From positions 2,528,001-2,592,000 of the forward strand of contig CBDEFM010000002.1 of assembly GCA_965237415.1 (NCBI GenBank): DNA of 64,000 nucleotides, given 5' to 3'. Positions within the stretch are counted from its first letter, which is position 1, and each line of letters begins with the position of its first letter. Shown one piece after another: positions 21,476-31,475 of the stretch. The stretch is from Alphaproteobacteria bacterium. GTDB lineage: Bacteria > Pseudomonadota > Alphaproteobacteria > UBA828. Below the pieces are notes generated by a model. It was not told where the DNA came from and did not search any database. It saw nothing but the letters and a program-made list of their open reading frames with translations. Position numbers and translations under genes: made by a program.

Positions 21476-22702
21476 CTAAGACGGGCCGAGGAGCTCCGCC
21501 GGCGGGCGACGGAAGGTCATGCGCCCGCGCTTGAAGCCGTAGAGCGGCGGGGCCACCGCGGCCACCGCTTGAGCCGGATCGGCCGCGTCGAGCACCACGA
21601 GGTCGGCCGCCTTGCCTGGGGCGATGCCGTAATCGTCGAGGCCGAGGATGCGGGCCGAGCGGCGCGTAATCATGTCGAAGCAGTCGAGCATCTCCGACCG
21701 CGCGCCGACGTGGCAGACATTGGCGTAGAGGTTCGCCATGCGGATCAGCGAACAATCGCCGAAGGGCGTGAACGGGTTGAGCACGTTGTTGGATGACAGC
21801 GAGCAATTGACGCCGTGGCCGAGCAGACGATGCGCGGCCGTGACTCCGCGCCGCACGTTGGCCTCGTCGCCCCGCCCCATGAGGAAGAGATCGGTCGCGG
21901 GCAGCACGGTGCAGGCGACGCCGGCCTCGGCCATGCGATCGGCAGTGTGCGCCAGATGCTCAGGGCTTGCGGCCGAGAGCTTGGTGACGTGGCCGACCGT
22001 CACCCGCCCGCCATAGCCGAAGCGCTCGGTCAGGTTACAGACCTGATCGAGATCGAGATCGTCCGCGCTCTCGCCGAAGTCGAGGTGCATGTCGATATCG
22101 ACATCGAATTGGCGGGCGAGCGCGAACACCCGGTCGATCTGCCCGGCGGGGTCGCTGTCGGTATAGGGCGCGGCACCGACCACGCGTGCGCCGCGTTCCA
22201 GCGCCTCCACCATGAGCTCGTCGGTGCCCGGGTTGTTGAGCAGCCCCTCCTGCGGGAAGACGCAGATCTCGAGGTCGATCGCCCAGCGATAGGCGTCGAT
22301 CAGCGGCAGCACGCCCTCGAAGCCGCGCATGCCGATACCGGGATCGACCTCCAGATGGGTGCGCACGTGGGTGGTACCCTGAGCGATGCAGGCGTCGAGC
22401 ACGCGGCGTGCGCGTGCGTTCACGTCGTCGGCCGTGAATTCCCGTTTGACCCGCGCCACCTCGTCGATGGCCTCGGCGAGATCGCCTCTCTCCGAGCGGC
22501 AGCGGTCGAGGATGCAGGCCTTGTCGAGATGGATGTGGGTCTCGATGAAACCGGGCGCCACCAAGCGGCCATCGAGATCGAGCACCGGCGCGTCCGCCTC
22601 GATCGTCGGCTCGAGCGCGGCGATACGCCCGTCGGCGATGCCGATATCGAGTCTGGTGCCGTCGCCGCCGGCAACGACCGCACCGCGCAGGATGTGATCC
22701 AT
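21476..22702 (-). CDS. Cytosine-deaminase-like metal amidohydrolase with atypical active site
   Basis: PGFIETHIHLDK, FPQEG, DMHLD, GHVTKL, NPFTPFG; starts 25 bp downstream of the ureC-like gene. Confidence 0.85.
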   Translation of the reverse strand: MDHILRGAVVAGGDGTRLDIGIADGRIAALEPTIEADAPVLDLDGRLVAPGFIETHIHLDKACILDRCRSERGDLAEAIDEVARVKREFTADDVNARARRVLDACIAQGTTHVRTHLEVDPGIGMRGFEGVLPLIDAYRWAIDLEICVFPQEGLLNNPGTDELMVEALERGARVVGAAPYTDSDPAGQIDRVFALARQFDVDIDMHLDFGESADDLDLDQVCNLTERFGYGGRVTVGHVTKLSAASPEHLAHTADRMAEAGVACTVLPATDLFLMGRGDEANVRRGVTAAHRLLGHGVNCSLSSNNVLNPFTPFGDCSLIRMANLYANVCHVGARSEMLDCFDMITRRSARILGLDDYGIAPGKAADLVVLDAADPAQAVAAVAPPLYGFKRGRMTFRRPPAELLGPS

Positions 22703-22727
22703 CCCTCCGCCCTCTCGTGCGCGGGCC

Positions 22728-24440
22728 CTAGCGCAGCATGTAACGCTGGGCGAGCGGCAGCTCGTCCGCCGGCTCGCAGGTCGCGAGCTCACCGTCGACA
22801 CGGACCTCGAAGGTCTCGGGGTCCACGCTCACCTCGGGGCAGGCGTCGTTGTGCAGCATGTGGCCCTTGGCGAGCTTGCGCGTGCCCTGCACAGGAACGG
22901 TCCGGCTCTCCAGCCCCAGCTTGCCGGCGATATCGGCATCGGCCGCCGCCTGCGATATGAAACTGAGGCTGAGCGCCTCCTTCGCCCGGCCGAAGGCGCC
23001 CCACTGCGGTCGCATCAGCACCGGCTCGCAGGTCATCAGCGAAGCGGCGCTGTCCCCCATCGCCGACCACACGATGAATCCGCCCTTGATGACCAGCTCC
23101 GGCTTGATGCCGAAGAAGGCCGGGCGCCAGAGCACGAGGTCCGCGAGCTTGCCCGCCTCCAGCGAGCCGACATGGCGGTCGATGCCGAAGGTGCGGGCCG
23201 CGTTGATGGTGTACTTCGCGATGTAGCGCTTGATCCGCTCGTTGTCGCCTTTCGCCGTCTGCTCCGATGCGAGCCGGCCGCGCTGGCCCCGCATCTTGGA
23301 CGCAAGTTGCCAAGTGCGGCAGATGACCTCGTTGATCCGCCCCATCCCCTGGCTGTCCGAACCCAGCATCGAGATCGCACCGATATCGTGCAGCACGTCT
23401 TCGGCGGCGATGGTCTGCGCCCGCACCCGGCTTTCGGCAAAGGCCACGTCCTCGGGCACCGCCGGGTTCAGGTGGTGGCAGACCATGATCATGTCGAGAT
23501 GCTCGTCGAAGGTGTTCCGCGTGTAGGGGTTGGTGGGATTAGTCGACGACGGCAGGCAGTTAGGCTCGCCGGTGATGCGGATGATGTCCGGCGCATGACC
23601 GCCACCGGCGCCTTCGGCGTGATACATGTGGATCGTGCGGCCCTTGATGGCGGCCAGCGTCTCTTCCAGAAAGCCGCTCTCATTCAGGGTGTCGGTGTGA
23701 AGCTGGACCTGGAAGTCCATCTCGTCGGCGACGCCGAGGCAGCAATCGATTGCCGACGGCATTGCGCCCCAGTCCTCGTGGATCTTGAGCCCCATGCAGC
23801 CGCCGGCGATCTGATCGACCAGCGACTGGGGCTTGGCCGAGTTACCGCGCCCGAGGAAGCCGAAGTTGATTGGCCATGCCTCGGCCGCCTGCAGCATTTT
23901 GCCGACGTTCCAGGCGCCGCCGCAGTCGATACCGACGGTGATCGGCCCGAGCGAGCCGCCCAGCATCGTCGTGATGCCGCTCGCGATGGCGTGTTCGCAG
24001 AGCTGCGCGCTGTCGAAATGGACGTGCACGTCGATGCCGCCCGGCGTCGCGATCAGCCCCTCCGCATCGCGCACGGTGGTCGCGGCACCGCAGAGCAGCG
24101 CCGGGTCCACGCCGTCCATGACCGCCGGGTTGCCGGCCTTGCCGACACCGGCGATGAGGCCCTCCTTGATCCCGATGTCCCCCTTGACGATGCCGAGCAC
24201 CGGATCGATGACGACGGCGTTGGAGACCAGCATATCCAGGGAGCCGCCGGCGCTGTCGAGCCCGGCCACGAGGCCGATGCCGTCACGCAGCGTCTTGCCG
24301 CCGCCGTGCAGGCATTCCTCGCCCGGCACGCCGTGGTCGTGCTCGATCTCGGCCAGGAGCTCGCTGTCCCCCAGCCGCACGCAATCGCCCGTCGTGGGCC
24401 CGTAGAGCGCCGCATAGTCCGCCCGGCTCATCCATGCCAT
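22728..24440 (-). CDS. ureC: Urease alpha subunit-like protein, paralog 1 (divergent pocket)
   Basis: [55 protein letters not shown]. Confidence 0.9.
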   Translation of the reverse strand: MAWMSRADYAALYGPTTGDCVRLGDSELLAEIEHDHGVPGEECLHGGGKTLRDGIGLVAGLDSAGGSLDMLVSNAVVIDPVLGIVKGDIGIKEGLIAGVGKAGNPAVMDGVDPALLCGAATTVRDAEGLIATPGGIDVHVHFDSAQLCEHAIASGITTMLGGSLGPITVGIDCGGAWNVGKMLQAAEAWPINFGFLGRGNSAKPQSLVDQIAGGCMGLKIHEDWGAMPSAIDCCLGVADEMDFQVQLHTDTLNESGFLEETLAAIKGRTIHMYHAEGAGGGHAPDIIRITGEPNCLPSSTNPTNPYTRNTFDEHLDMIMVCHHLNPAVPEDVAFAESRVRAQTIAAEDVLHDIGAISMLGSDSQGMGRINEVICRTWQLASKMRGQRGRLASEQTAKGDNERIKRYIAKYTINAARTFGIDRHVGSLEAGKLADLVLWRPAFFGIKPELVIKGGFIVWSAMGDSAASLMTCEPVLMRPQWGAFGRAKEALSLSFISQAAADADIAGKLGLESRTVPVQGTRKLAKGHMLHNDACPEVSVDPETFEVRVDGELATCEPADELPLAQRYMLR

Positions 24441-24443
24441 CGC

Positions 24444-25139
24444 TCAAGCTCCCTTGAAGCCGCGGGCGCGGGCGCGGGCCAGCGCCTCCTGCTTGACGCT
24501 TTCGGAGCGCCGCGAACCCTGGGTGAGGTCGTTGAGCCCTACCATCTCGCCGCTGCCGCCGAACTCGACGAGGGTGACCTCCTTCGTCTCCCCCGGCGCG
24601 AAGCGCACCGCCGTGCCGGCAGGGATGTCGAGGCGCATCCCGAAAGCCGCAGCGCGGTCGAAGTCGAGATGCCGGTTCACCTCGAAGAAGTGGTAGTGGC
24701 TGCCGATCTGCACCGGCCGGTCGCCTGTGTTGGTGACCGCGACAGTTGCGGTCGGCCGGCCCGCGTTGATCTCGATCTCGCCCTCGGCGGGGATGATCTC
24801 GCCCGGGCGCACGCTCTCATCCCGTGCCTTCTTTCCAGGGCGGATCGGCTCGTGGACCGTCACCAGCTTGGTGCCGTCGGGGAAGGTGCCTTCCACCTGC
24901 AGCATGGGCATCATGTCGGCGACGCCCGGCATGACATCGTCGGTGGTGAGGATGGTCGCGCCATACTCGATCAGCTCGGCCACCGAGCGCCCGTCGCGCG
25001 CGCCTTCCAGAATCTCGTCGCTGATGAGCGCCACAGCCTCCGGATGGTTTAGCGCGCGGCCCCGCGCGCGGCGCCGGCGCGCGAGCTCGGCGGCGGTGAA
25101 GATGGTGAGCCGCTCTATCTCCGTCGGTGTCAGCAGCAT
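24444..25139 (-). CDS. ureAB: Fused urease gamma-beta subunit, paralog 1
   Basis: Gamma part MLLTPTE...LNHPEA...[16 protein letters not shown] joined in frame to beta part PGEI...[19 protein letters not shown]...[14 protein letters not shown]. Confidence 0.92.
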   Translation of the reverse strand: MLLTPTEIERLTIFTAAELARRRRARGRALNHPEAVALISDEILEGARDGRSVAELIEYGATILTTDDVMPGVADMMPMLQVEGTFPDGTKLVTVHEPIRPGKKARDESVRPGEIIPAEGEIEINAGRPTATVAVTNTGDRPVQIGSHYHFFEVNRHLDFDRAAAFGMRLDIPAGTAVRFAPGETKEVTLVEFGGSGEMVGLNDLTQGSRRSESVKQEALARARARGFKGA

Positions 25140-25154
25140 CGTGGGCCACCCTGA

Positions 25155-25874
25155 TCAGTTGCTGAAGAGTCGAACCGCCGCTTCCTCGTGGCGGGCCGCC
25201 GCGACATCGGCGAGCGGCACATAGGAGCGCGCCTCATCGAGGCGAGGCGCCGGGCGGGCGAGAAGCGCCGCCATCCTGGGCCTGAGACCGCGCAGCATGA
25301 TCTGCGCGTCGAGGTGGCCGATCAAGCCGAGCCTGAGCGCCGCCCCCAGGATCGTCGCACAAAGCCCGTGCAGGCTCACCGCCTCGGCACGGTCGAGGTC
25401 GAGGCCTGAGCCGGCCAGCACCACCCCCTGCACCACGGCGAGATGGCCATGCGCCTCACCGGCACGGAGCCGCGCGCGATAGGTTTGGGCACCGGGCGTC
25501 TCCATGCGCGCGTGAACGCCGAGCAACGCAGCGCCTCCCTTGCGCGAGCCCTCGCGCAACTCGCGCGGCAGTGCCATCGCCTCCTGCAGGGCGTCGATCT
25601 CGGCGACCGCCGGCCAGTCGGGGCAGGCGCGGTGGGCGGCGGCGAGGAAGGCGCGCTCCGCCGTAGCCCAGCGATCGGTCACCTGATCGGTAAGGAACGC
25701 GTTGAGTCCGGCAGCGTCGACAACGATGCCGTCGGCATAGAGCGTCTCCAGCCCGAGCGAGAACGACACCGCGCCGCTGGGAAAGAAGCTGTCGCCGAAC
25801 TGCAGCGCCGCGAGATCGGCGGCCACGTCGCCCTGCGCCTTCGCCTTCGTGCCGCTCATGCCCGCATCACTCAA
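25155..25874 (-). CDS. ureF: Urease accessory protein UreF
   Basis: LQFGDSFFPSGAVSFSLGLE N-terminal motif and C-terminal HE...RLFSN; start may be ATG 25859. Confidence 0.85.
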   Translation of the reverse strand: MSDAGMSGTKAKAQGDVAADLAALQFGDSFFPSGAVSFSLGLETLYADGIVVDAAGLNAFLTDQVTDRWATAERAFLAAAHRACPDWPAVAEIDALQEAMALPRELREGSRKGGAALLGVHARMETPGAQTYRARLRAGEAHGHLAVVQGVVLAGSGLDLDRAEAVSLHGLCATILGAALRLGLIGHLDAQIMLRGLRPRMAALLARPAPRLDEARSYVPLADVAAARHEEAAVRLFSN

Positions 25875-26031
25875 ATCGGGGCGGCTCCCGCATCGGCTCC
25901 CGCGGCGGAAGCTCCAACACCACGTCCCCGAAGGGTTTGAAGAGCGCGTGCAGCGCCGTCCCCAGTCCCTTCGTCGGAACCGGTTCTCCCTCGACCGCCT
26001 CGGCCATATCCGATCTCGTTTCTTCTTCCAT
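25867..26031 (-). pseudogene. N-terminally eroded FitA/StbC-like antitoxin with no toxin gene
   Basis: (RS)MEEETR...KGLGTALHALFKPFGDVVLELPPREPMREPPRFE resembles the C-terminal part of FitA-like antitoxins; the RHH N-terminus is not recognisable. Confidence 0.6.
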
Positions 26032-26139
26032 CGAGCGGCACCTTACCCGCCGCTGCAAAGGCGGCGAAAGCCTGTTGTCACGGCCCGCGGCCACGGTCAT
26101 GGTCCACCCGGCAGGCACGGGCGCGAGCGGGAGGCGGGC

Positions 26140-27582
26140 ATGGCCGGGGCAGAGCAGTACGACGTCCTCTTCACGGGCGGCATGGTAATCGACGGCACTG
26201 GCGCTGCGCGCCAGCGCGCCGACGTCGCCGTCTCGGGCGATCGCATCGCCGCTGTGGGCGATCTGGCGGGGGCGGAGGCCGCGCGCACCATCGACGCCGC
26301 CGGGCGCATCGTCTCGCCCGGCTTCATCGACGCCCACACCCACGACGACAACCTGCTGCTGGTCGACCGGGACATGACACCCAAGACGAGCCAGGGCGTC
26401 ACCACGGTGATCGCCGGCAATTGCGGGGTGAGCCTCGCGCCGCTCGCGCCGGGTCGCCCGGTGCCGCCGCCGCTCGACCTGCTGGGCGGACCCGCCGACT
26501 TCCGCTATCCCCGCTTCGCCGATTATGTGGCGGCGCTCGACGCGGCCCCGCCTGCGGCCAATGCCGGCCTTCTGGTCGGCCATTCGGCGCTCCGCCTCGA
26601 CACGATGGACGACGTGGACTGCCCGGCGACGGCCAGCGAGATCGACGCGATGCGGGAGCGGCTGGCCGAGGGGATGGAAGCCGGCGCATTGGGCTTCAGC
26701 ACCGGGCTCATCTACGGGCCCAACAAGGCGGCGACCACCGACGAAGTTGCGGCCGTCGCCGAGGTCGCAGGCGCCGCCGGCGGCCTCTACGTCACCCACA
26801 TGCGCAATGAGCATGACGGCATCGAGGAGGCGATGGAGGAAGCCTTCGAGATCGGCCGCCGCGCCGGCGCCGGCGTCGTCATCTCCCACCACAAGTGCGC
26901 CGGCCGCCAGAACTTCGGGCGGAGCCGCGACACGCTCGCGCTGCTCGATAAGGCCCGCGAGCGCCAGGCCATCGGCCTCGATGTCTATCCCTACACCGCA
27001 GGCTCCACGGTGCTGCTGGCGGAGATGGTGGAGAAGGCGGAGCGGGTGATCGTCACCTGGTCCGAGCCGCATCCGGAATACGCGGGCCGCGACCTCCCCG
27101 AAGTCGCTGCCGAGTTCGGCCTCGACCCGGTCGCCGCCGTGGCGAAGCTGAGCCCGGCGGGCGGCATCTACTTCATGATGGACGAGGCGGACGTGCGCCG
27201 CATCATCGCTTATCCGCACAGTATGATCGGCTCAGACGGCCTGCCCCACGACCGCCATCCCCATCCGAGGCTCTGGGGCACCTTCCCGCGCGTGCTGGGC
27301 CACTATGCGCGCGAGCTCGGCCTGCTCACGCTGGAGGACGCGGTGCGTCGCATGACCGGGCTCACCGCCGCCCAGTTCGGCCTCACCGACCGCGGCGAGG
27401 TGCGCGCCGGCGCCTATGCCGATCTCGTGATGTTCGATGCGGAGACCATCGCCGACGAGGCGACCTTCGAGGCGCCGACCCGGCCTGCCGCCGGCATCGA
27501 TATCGTCATGGTGAATGGCGCCATCGTGCGCGAAGGGGACCGGGTCACCGGCAAGCGGCCGGGCCGGGCACTGCGACGCTAA
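26140..27582 (+). CDS. N-acyl-D-amino-acid deacylase (D-aminoacylase)
   Basis: PGFIDAHTHDD, GNCGVS, THMRNE, ISHHK, DVYPY, IGSDG, HPRLWGTFPRVLG. Confidence 0.9.
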   Translation: MAGAEQYDVLFTGGMVIDGTGAARQRADVAVSGDRIAAVGDLAGAEAARTIDAAGRIVSPGFIDAHTHDDNLLLVDRDMTPKTSQGVTTVIAGNCGVSLAPLAPGRPVPPPLDLLGGPADFRYPRFADYVAALDAAPPAANAGLLVGHSALRLDTMDDVDCPATASEIDAMRERLAEGMEAGALGFSTGLIYGPNKAATTDEVAAVAEVAGAAGGLYVTHMRNEHDGIEEAMEEAFEIGRRAGAGVVISHHKCAGRQNFGRSRDTLALLDKARERQAIGLDVYPYTAGSTVLLAEMVEKAERVIVTWSEPHPEYAGRDLPEVAAEFGLDPVAAVAKLSPAGGIYFMMDEADVRRIIAYPHSMIGSDGLPHDRHPHPRLWGTFPRVLGHYARELGLLTLEDAVRRMTGLTAAQFGLTDRGEVRAGAYADLVMFDAETIADEATFEAPTRPAAGIDIVMVNGAIVREGDRVTGKRPGRALRR

Positions 27583-27599
27583 AAACCGGCGCCGCCGGC

Positions 27600-28178
27600 T
27601 TAGATCTCGTGGCGGCCGAGCCGGTCGCGAAGCTGCTCCACGCGCCGGTTGACCCCCGGCATGTGGGGGTTGTGGACCAGCGCCCGCTCGAACGCGGCGA
27701 GCGCCTCTTCCTCGTTGCCGAGCGCGCCGTGGCAGAGGCCGAGCCCCGAGAGGGCGCCGAAGTGGCGGGGCTCACGCTTGAGCGTCTCGTCGATATCGGC
27801 GATGGAGCCCTCGTAGTCGCCCATCAGGTAGCGCAGCGTAGCACGGCGGTTCCAGCCCTCGGAGAGGTCCGGCCGGTGCTCGATGACCCCGTTGAGGATC
27901 GCGTACGACTGGTTGAAGCGACCCGTGGAGAGCGCCCTATCGCCCGCGAGGAGCATCCGGTCCATCTCTTCCGAGCCGGTATCGAACCAGTGGAACCAGA
28001 TTTGCGACTCAATCTGGCGGACCTGCTGCGGGCTCTGCGCGGATTTGAGGTCGCGGAAGAGTCCGTCCAGCGCCGGGTCGTTCTGATCGGCCAAGACCGT
28101 CCCCATAGTGCCAAGGGCGAGCAGCAGCGCGAGCGCCAATGCAGGCAGGCATCGCAGGCAGCGGCTCAAGGACACCAT
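27600..28178 (-). CDS. Exported tetratricopeptide-repeat protein
   Basis: Signal-peptide-like N-terminus; EGWNRRATLRY...EPRHFGALSGLG TPR motifs. Confidence 0.85.
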   Translation of the reverse strand: MVSLSRCLRCLPALALALLLALGTMGTVLADQNDPALDGLFRDLKSAQSPQQVRQIESQIWFHWFDTGSEEMDRMLLAGDRALSTGRFNQSYAILNGVIEHRPDLSEGWNRRATLRYLMGDYEGSIADIDETLKREPRHFGALSGLGLCHGALGNEEEALAAFERALVHNPHMPGVNRRVEQLRDRLGRHEI

Positions 28179-28463
28179 GCGCCAGCGTAAACCCGGGGCG
28201 CCCTCCGCGCCAAGCGTCTTCGTTGCCGTCTGCCTCCACGCGCCGTCACCCGTGGGCCCGGGACGCTGCCGCGCGGCATCCCGATCGGGAACGGGCAGGA
28301 ACGAGCGTCGCTCACAAATAGTTCTTGATCAATGGATTACGTGAAATTGGCTTCGTTTTGTAATTTTCCATTTTCCGTCCTCGCCTCCTTGGTCACGCTC
28401 CTCAAACAACCGGAGCCGTAAGAGGCTATAGCGGAATTCTCTCTCGGTCCTCCCAACCCTGGT

Positions 28464-29666
28464 CTATGCCGCGCTGACCTCGTGGCGCACGAGAGGCCGG
28501 TCGCGGATCGGCCAGTGCAAGCCCGCCGCCACCACGGCCAGCGCCACGGAAGTCAGCCACACCGCATCGTAGGAGCCGGTCGTGTCGTACACGTAGCCGC
28601 CGAGCCAAGCGCCGAGGAAGGAGCCCACCTGGTGGCTCAGGAAGACGATGCCAAAGAGCGCGCCCAGATAGCGCGGCCCGAAGATCTGGGCGATGAGGCC
28701 GCTGGTAAGCGGTACGGTGCCGAGCCAGAGCAGGCCCATCAGGGCGGAGAACACCAGCACGCTCGCCTCGCTCACCGGCACCACGATGAAGCCGCCGAGG
28801 ACCACCGCGCGGCCGAGGTAGAAGAGCGAGAGCACGTGCTTCTTGCGGTGCCGGCCGCCGAGCCAGCCGGCGGCGAAGGTGCCGACGATATTGCCGAGCC
28901 CGATCACGGCGATCGCCGTCGCCCCCAACATCGGTGCAAGGCCCGCGTCCGTCAGGAACGGCGGCAGATGAGTGGCGATAAAGTAGACGTGGAAGCCGCA
29001 GACGAAGAAGCCACCGCAGAGCAGCCAGAAGCCGCTGTGGGCGCGGGCCTCGACCAGTGCCTCGCTTAGCGTCTGGGCGCTGCCCTCTGGCGGCGTGTGG
29101 CTGCCGCGCATGCCGATCAGGCAGGGCACCATCATCGCCGCTATCCCGCAATAGGCGATGAGCGTCATCGACCAGCCGACGCCGTCCAGCAAGACGCCGC
29201 CGACCGGGGCGAGCGCGAACTGCCCGAAGGAGCCGCCGGCCGCCGCGATGCCGAGCGCCATGCTGCGCTTTTCCGGCGGCACCGCACGCCCCACCGGGCC
29301 CAGCACCACCGCGAACCCGGTGGCGCTGATGCCGATCCCCACCAGCAGGCCCTGGCCCAGATGCAGCCCAAGCGCGCCGTCGGTCGATGCCATCCAGAGC
29401 AGACCCGCGACATAGACCACGGTCCCCAGCAGGACGACCCGTATCGCCCCGTGGCGGTCGGCGAGCGCGCCGAAGAAAGGCTGGGTGATCCCCCAGACGA
29501 TGCCCTGAATTGCGATGGCGAGCGCGAAGGTCTCGCGCGATATGCCGAGATCGAGGCTCATCGGCGTGCCGAAGAGGCCGAAGCTTGAGCGCAGCCCGTT
29601 GCTGATGCTGAGCACCAGGGCCGCGCCGAGAACGAGCGCGATCACGCCCGCGGCGGGCCGGCTCAT
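28464..29666 (-). CDS. MFS transporter
   Basis: About 12 TM helices; motif A GALADRHG; GFFVCGFH; SHQVGSFLGAWLGG. Confidence 0.9.
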   Translation of the reverse strand: MSRPAAGVIALVLGAALVLSISNGLRSSFGLFGTPMSLDLGISRETFALAIAIQGIVWGITQPFFGALADRHGAIRVVLLGTVVYVAGLLWMASTDGALGLHLGQGLLVGIGISATGFAVVLGPVGRAVPPEKRSMALGIAAAGGSFGQFALAPVGGVLLDGVGWSMTLIAYCGIAAMMVPCLIGMRGSHTPPEGSAQTLSEALVEARAHSGFWLLCGGFFVCGFHVYFIATHLPPFLTDAGLAPMLGATAIAVIGLGNIVGTFAAGWLGGRHRKKHVLSLFYLGRAVVLGGFIVVPVSEASVLVFSALMGLLWLGTVPLTSGLIAQIFGPRYLGALFGIVFLSHQVGSFLGAWLGGYVYDTTGSYDAVWLTSVALAVVAAGLHWPIRDRPLVRHEVSAA

Positions 29667-29720
29667 GCGCCTGCTCTCCCAGCCGACGGGGCCGGGTGCC
29701 AAATGAATGCCATTGCAACC

Positions 29721-31025
29721 TCAGCTCTGGCGCGCCAGCGCTCGCCCCAGGATCGCGACGGCGCGATCGATCTGCTCATCGCTGGTGCAGAACGGCGGCA
29801 CGAAGCGGAGCACGTTGCCGTGCTGGCCCCGCACCGAGAAGAGGAGTCCGTCGGCGAGGCAGTCGCGGTAGATCTCCTTCGCCTCCCCGCTTGCGGGTTC
29901 CTTGGTGGCACGGTCGCGCACCAGCTCGACCCCCTGCAGGCAGCCCTTCCCACGAAGGTCGCCGATCATGGGGAAGCGCTGCTGCAGGCTCTCCATGCGC
30001 GCGCGCCAGTGGGCGCCGATCGCGCGGGCGCGGGCCGGCAGGTCCTCGGCCAGGATTTCCTCGAGGCTGGCCAAGCCGGCCGTGCACGCGATGGGATCGG
30101 ACGAATGCGAATGGCCGAAGGTGAGTCCGCCCTCCAGCGCGCGCTCGGCGATGTCGTCCGTCGTCACCATGGCGCTGATCGGCAGGCCCCCGCCGAAGTG
30201 CTTGGACAGCGTCATGATGTCCGGCACCACGCCATGCTGCAGATAGGCGTAGAGGGTGCCGAGCTTGCCGAGCCCGGTTTGCGCCTCGTCCAGGATGAGG
30301 AGCGCGCCGCGCGCCGCGAGCCCCGCCTTGAGCGCCTTGAGGTAGCCGGGCGGCATCTCGATCACCCCGCCCGCGCTGATGACCGGCTCGGCGATGACTG
30401 CCGCCAGATTGTTCGGGCATTCGCGGTCGAGCAGGTCGAAGGCGATGCTCAGCAGCGGCGCCCACCAGTCGTCGCCGTCGGCGCCGACCGGCGAGCGGTA
30501 GGCGTAGGGCGCCGGGATCGCGTGCAGATCGGGGATCGGCGGCCCGTGCCCGCCGGCCGCTGCGGCGAAGCTCATGGCGCGGGTCACGTCGGTATAGCCG
30601 TGGAAGCTCAGATGCAGCGCGCCGATGCCGCTCCGCCCGGTCGCGCGCCGGGCGAAGAGCACCGCCGCCTCGTTGGAATCGGCGCCGGACTGGATGAAGA
30701 GCGAACGGCTGAGCGGCGCATCGAAGGTCTCCGCCAGCCGCGCAGCGAGGCGGAGCTGCGGCTCGTTAAAGTATACCGAGCTGGCATGGGTCAGCCTGCC
30801 GAGGCCGTCCTGCACCGCTTGGGTCACGCGCGGGTTGTTATGGCCGAGCGCCGAGCACATCTGGCCCGAGTTGAAGTCGAGATAGGCCTGGCCTTCGGAA
30901 TCGAAAATCTCGGCGCCGTCGGCGCGGACGAAGACCGGCCCGTCCGCGGCCGGAACCACGTCCGAGAGCAGCTCGCCCTGGATCAGATGACGCGCGCCGG
31001 CCGCGCGCAGCGCCGCGATGTCCAC
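29721..31025 (-). CDS. Class-III aminotransferase resembling 2,2-dialkylglycine decarboxylase
   Basis: DFNSGQMCSALGH, SGADSNEAA, AEPVISAGG, LDEAQTGLG, TLSK. Confidence 0.85.
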   Translation of the reverse strand: MDIAALRAAGARHLIQGELLSDVVPAADGPVFVRADGAEIFDSEGQAYLDFNSGQMCSALGHNNPRVTQAVQDGLGRLTHASSVYFNEPQLRLAARLAETFDAPLSRSLFIQSGADSNEAAVLFARRATGRSGIGALHLSFHGYTDVTRAMSFAAAAGGHGPPIPDLHAIPAPYAYRSPVGADGDDWWAPLLSIAFDLLDRECPNNLAAVIAEPVISAGGVIEMPPGYLKALKAGLAARGALLILDEAQTGLGKLGTLYAYLQHGVVPDIMTLSKHFGGGLPISAMVTTDDIAERALEGGLTFGHSHSSDPIACTAGLASLEEILAEDLPARARAIGAHWRARMESLQQRFPMIGDLRGKGCLQGVELVRDRATKEPASGEAKEIYRDCLADGLLFSVRGQHGNVLRFVPPFCTSDEQIDRAVAILGRALARQS

Positions 31026-31059
31026 CGTTACCTCCCTTGCGGAATTGTCGAGCGCGATC

Positions 31060-31090
31060 CTAGAGCGTTTCCGTTTAACACGGAAACGCT
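31060..31090. repeat. Palindromic hairpin repeat (family B, CTAGAGCG-type)
   Basis: CTAGAGCGTTTCCGT-TTAAC-ACGGAAACGCT; near-identical to 40434-40468. Confidence 0.8.
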
Positions 31091-31095
31091 GTCGC

Positions 31096-31378
31096 CCGGA
31101 ATTCTCGCCACGGTCGCGGTCAGGTTCCGCGTCCCACCTCGGGCAAACATAATTTTCAAGCGGGATTCGCTGGGATTAAGTGGGATAAGTGGGATTCCGG
31201 GGGGCTGGTAGCCCCGGCGCAGAAAGCGACCCTGGTGAGAATTGCGGGCAATGCCGCCTTCCGTGCTTTGTTCGCTCTCGCGCTGCGGTGCGCGGATACG
31301 CGCGCGGGAATATGATCGGCACATGCCGCGATCGTGGCGCGGAAGCCGCACACCTTGCATCGCACCATGGGCCGGGGG
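31096..31378 (+). repeat. Dispersed intergenic repeat (family A) with a 4x GGGAT phased array
   Basis: 31160-31197 matches 50738-50775 at 37 of 38 nt; 31274-31378 aligns with 50885-50988. Confidence 0.85.
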
Positions 31379-31475
31379 CCGGGAGGGCCGGACGCGCGCC
31401 TGAGAAAATGCTGGGCGTGCGCTCAGGCCGCACTGGCCAAAGCCCGACCGTCCCCGACCACAGAGAAAATCCGGG

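Noticed and set aside
22851-25052. 733-aa plus-strand ORF and many other long overlapping ORFs (e.g. 4692-6635, 15256-17460, 16908-18716, 50725-52374)
   Set aside because: They are antisense or alternate-frame shadows of real genes, expected in high-GC DNA. They are Arg/Gly/Ala-rich and contain no recognisable motifs.
24444-25139. Gamma-beta fusion as a novelty in itself
   Set aside because: Fused UreAB subunits are known, for example in Helicobacter. The fusion matters only as part of the divergent clade described in the findings.
28310-28460. AT-rich intergenic stretch with TTGAT (possible FNR box) and CGGAATTCTC (possible family A fragment)
   Set aside because: The ATCAA half-site is not at the N4 spacing, and the 10-nt match is too short to call a repeat copy. 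It is probably an ordinary promoter region.
31160-31197. Short tandem GGGAT repeats, and the 11-bp repeats at 19119, as a possible CRISPR array
   Set aside because: The units are 9-11 bp with no 25-45 bp unique spacers, and there are no cas genes in the window.
31176-31433. Similar minus-strand peptides (MCRS.SRARIRA...IPLIPLNP.ESR) at 31.2 kb and 50.8 kb as a small-protein family
   Set aside because: The similarity follows from the DNA repeat. Spacer lengths differ, starts and stops are not conserved, and the third copy lacks the frame, so I treated it as non-coding.
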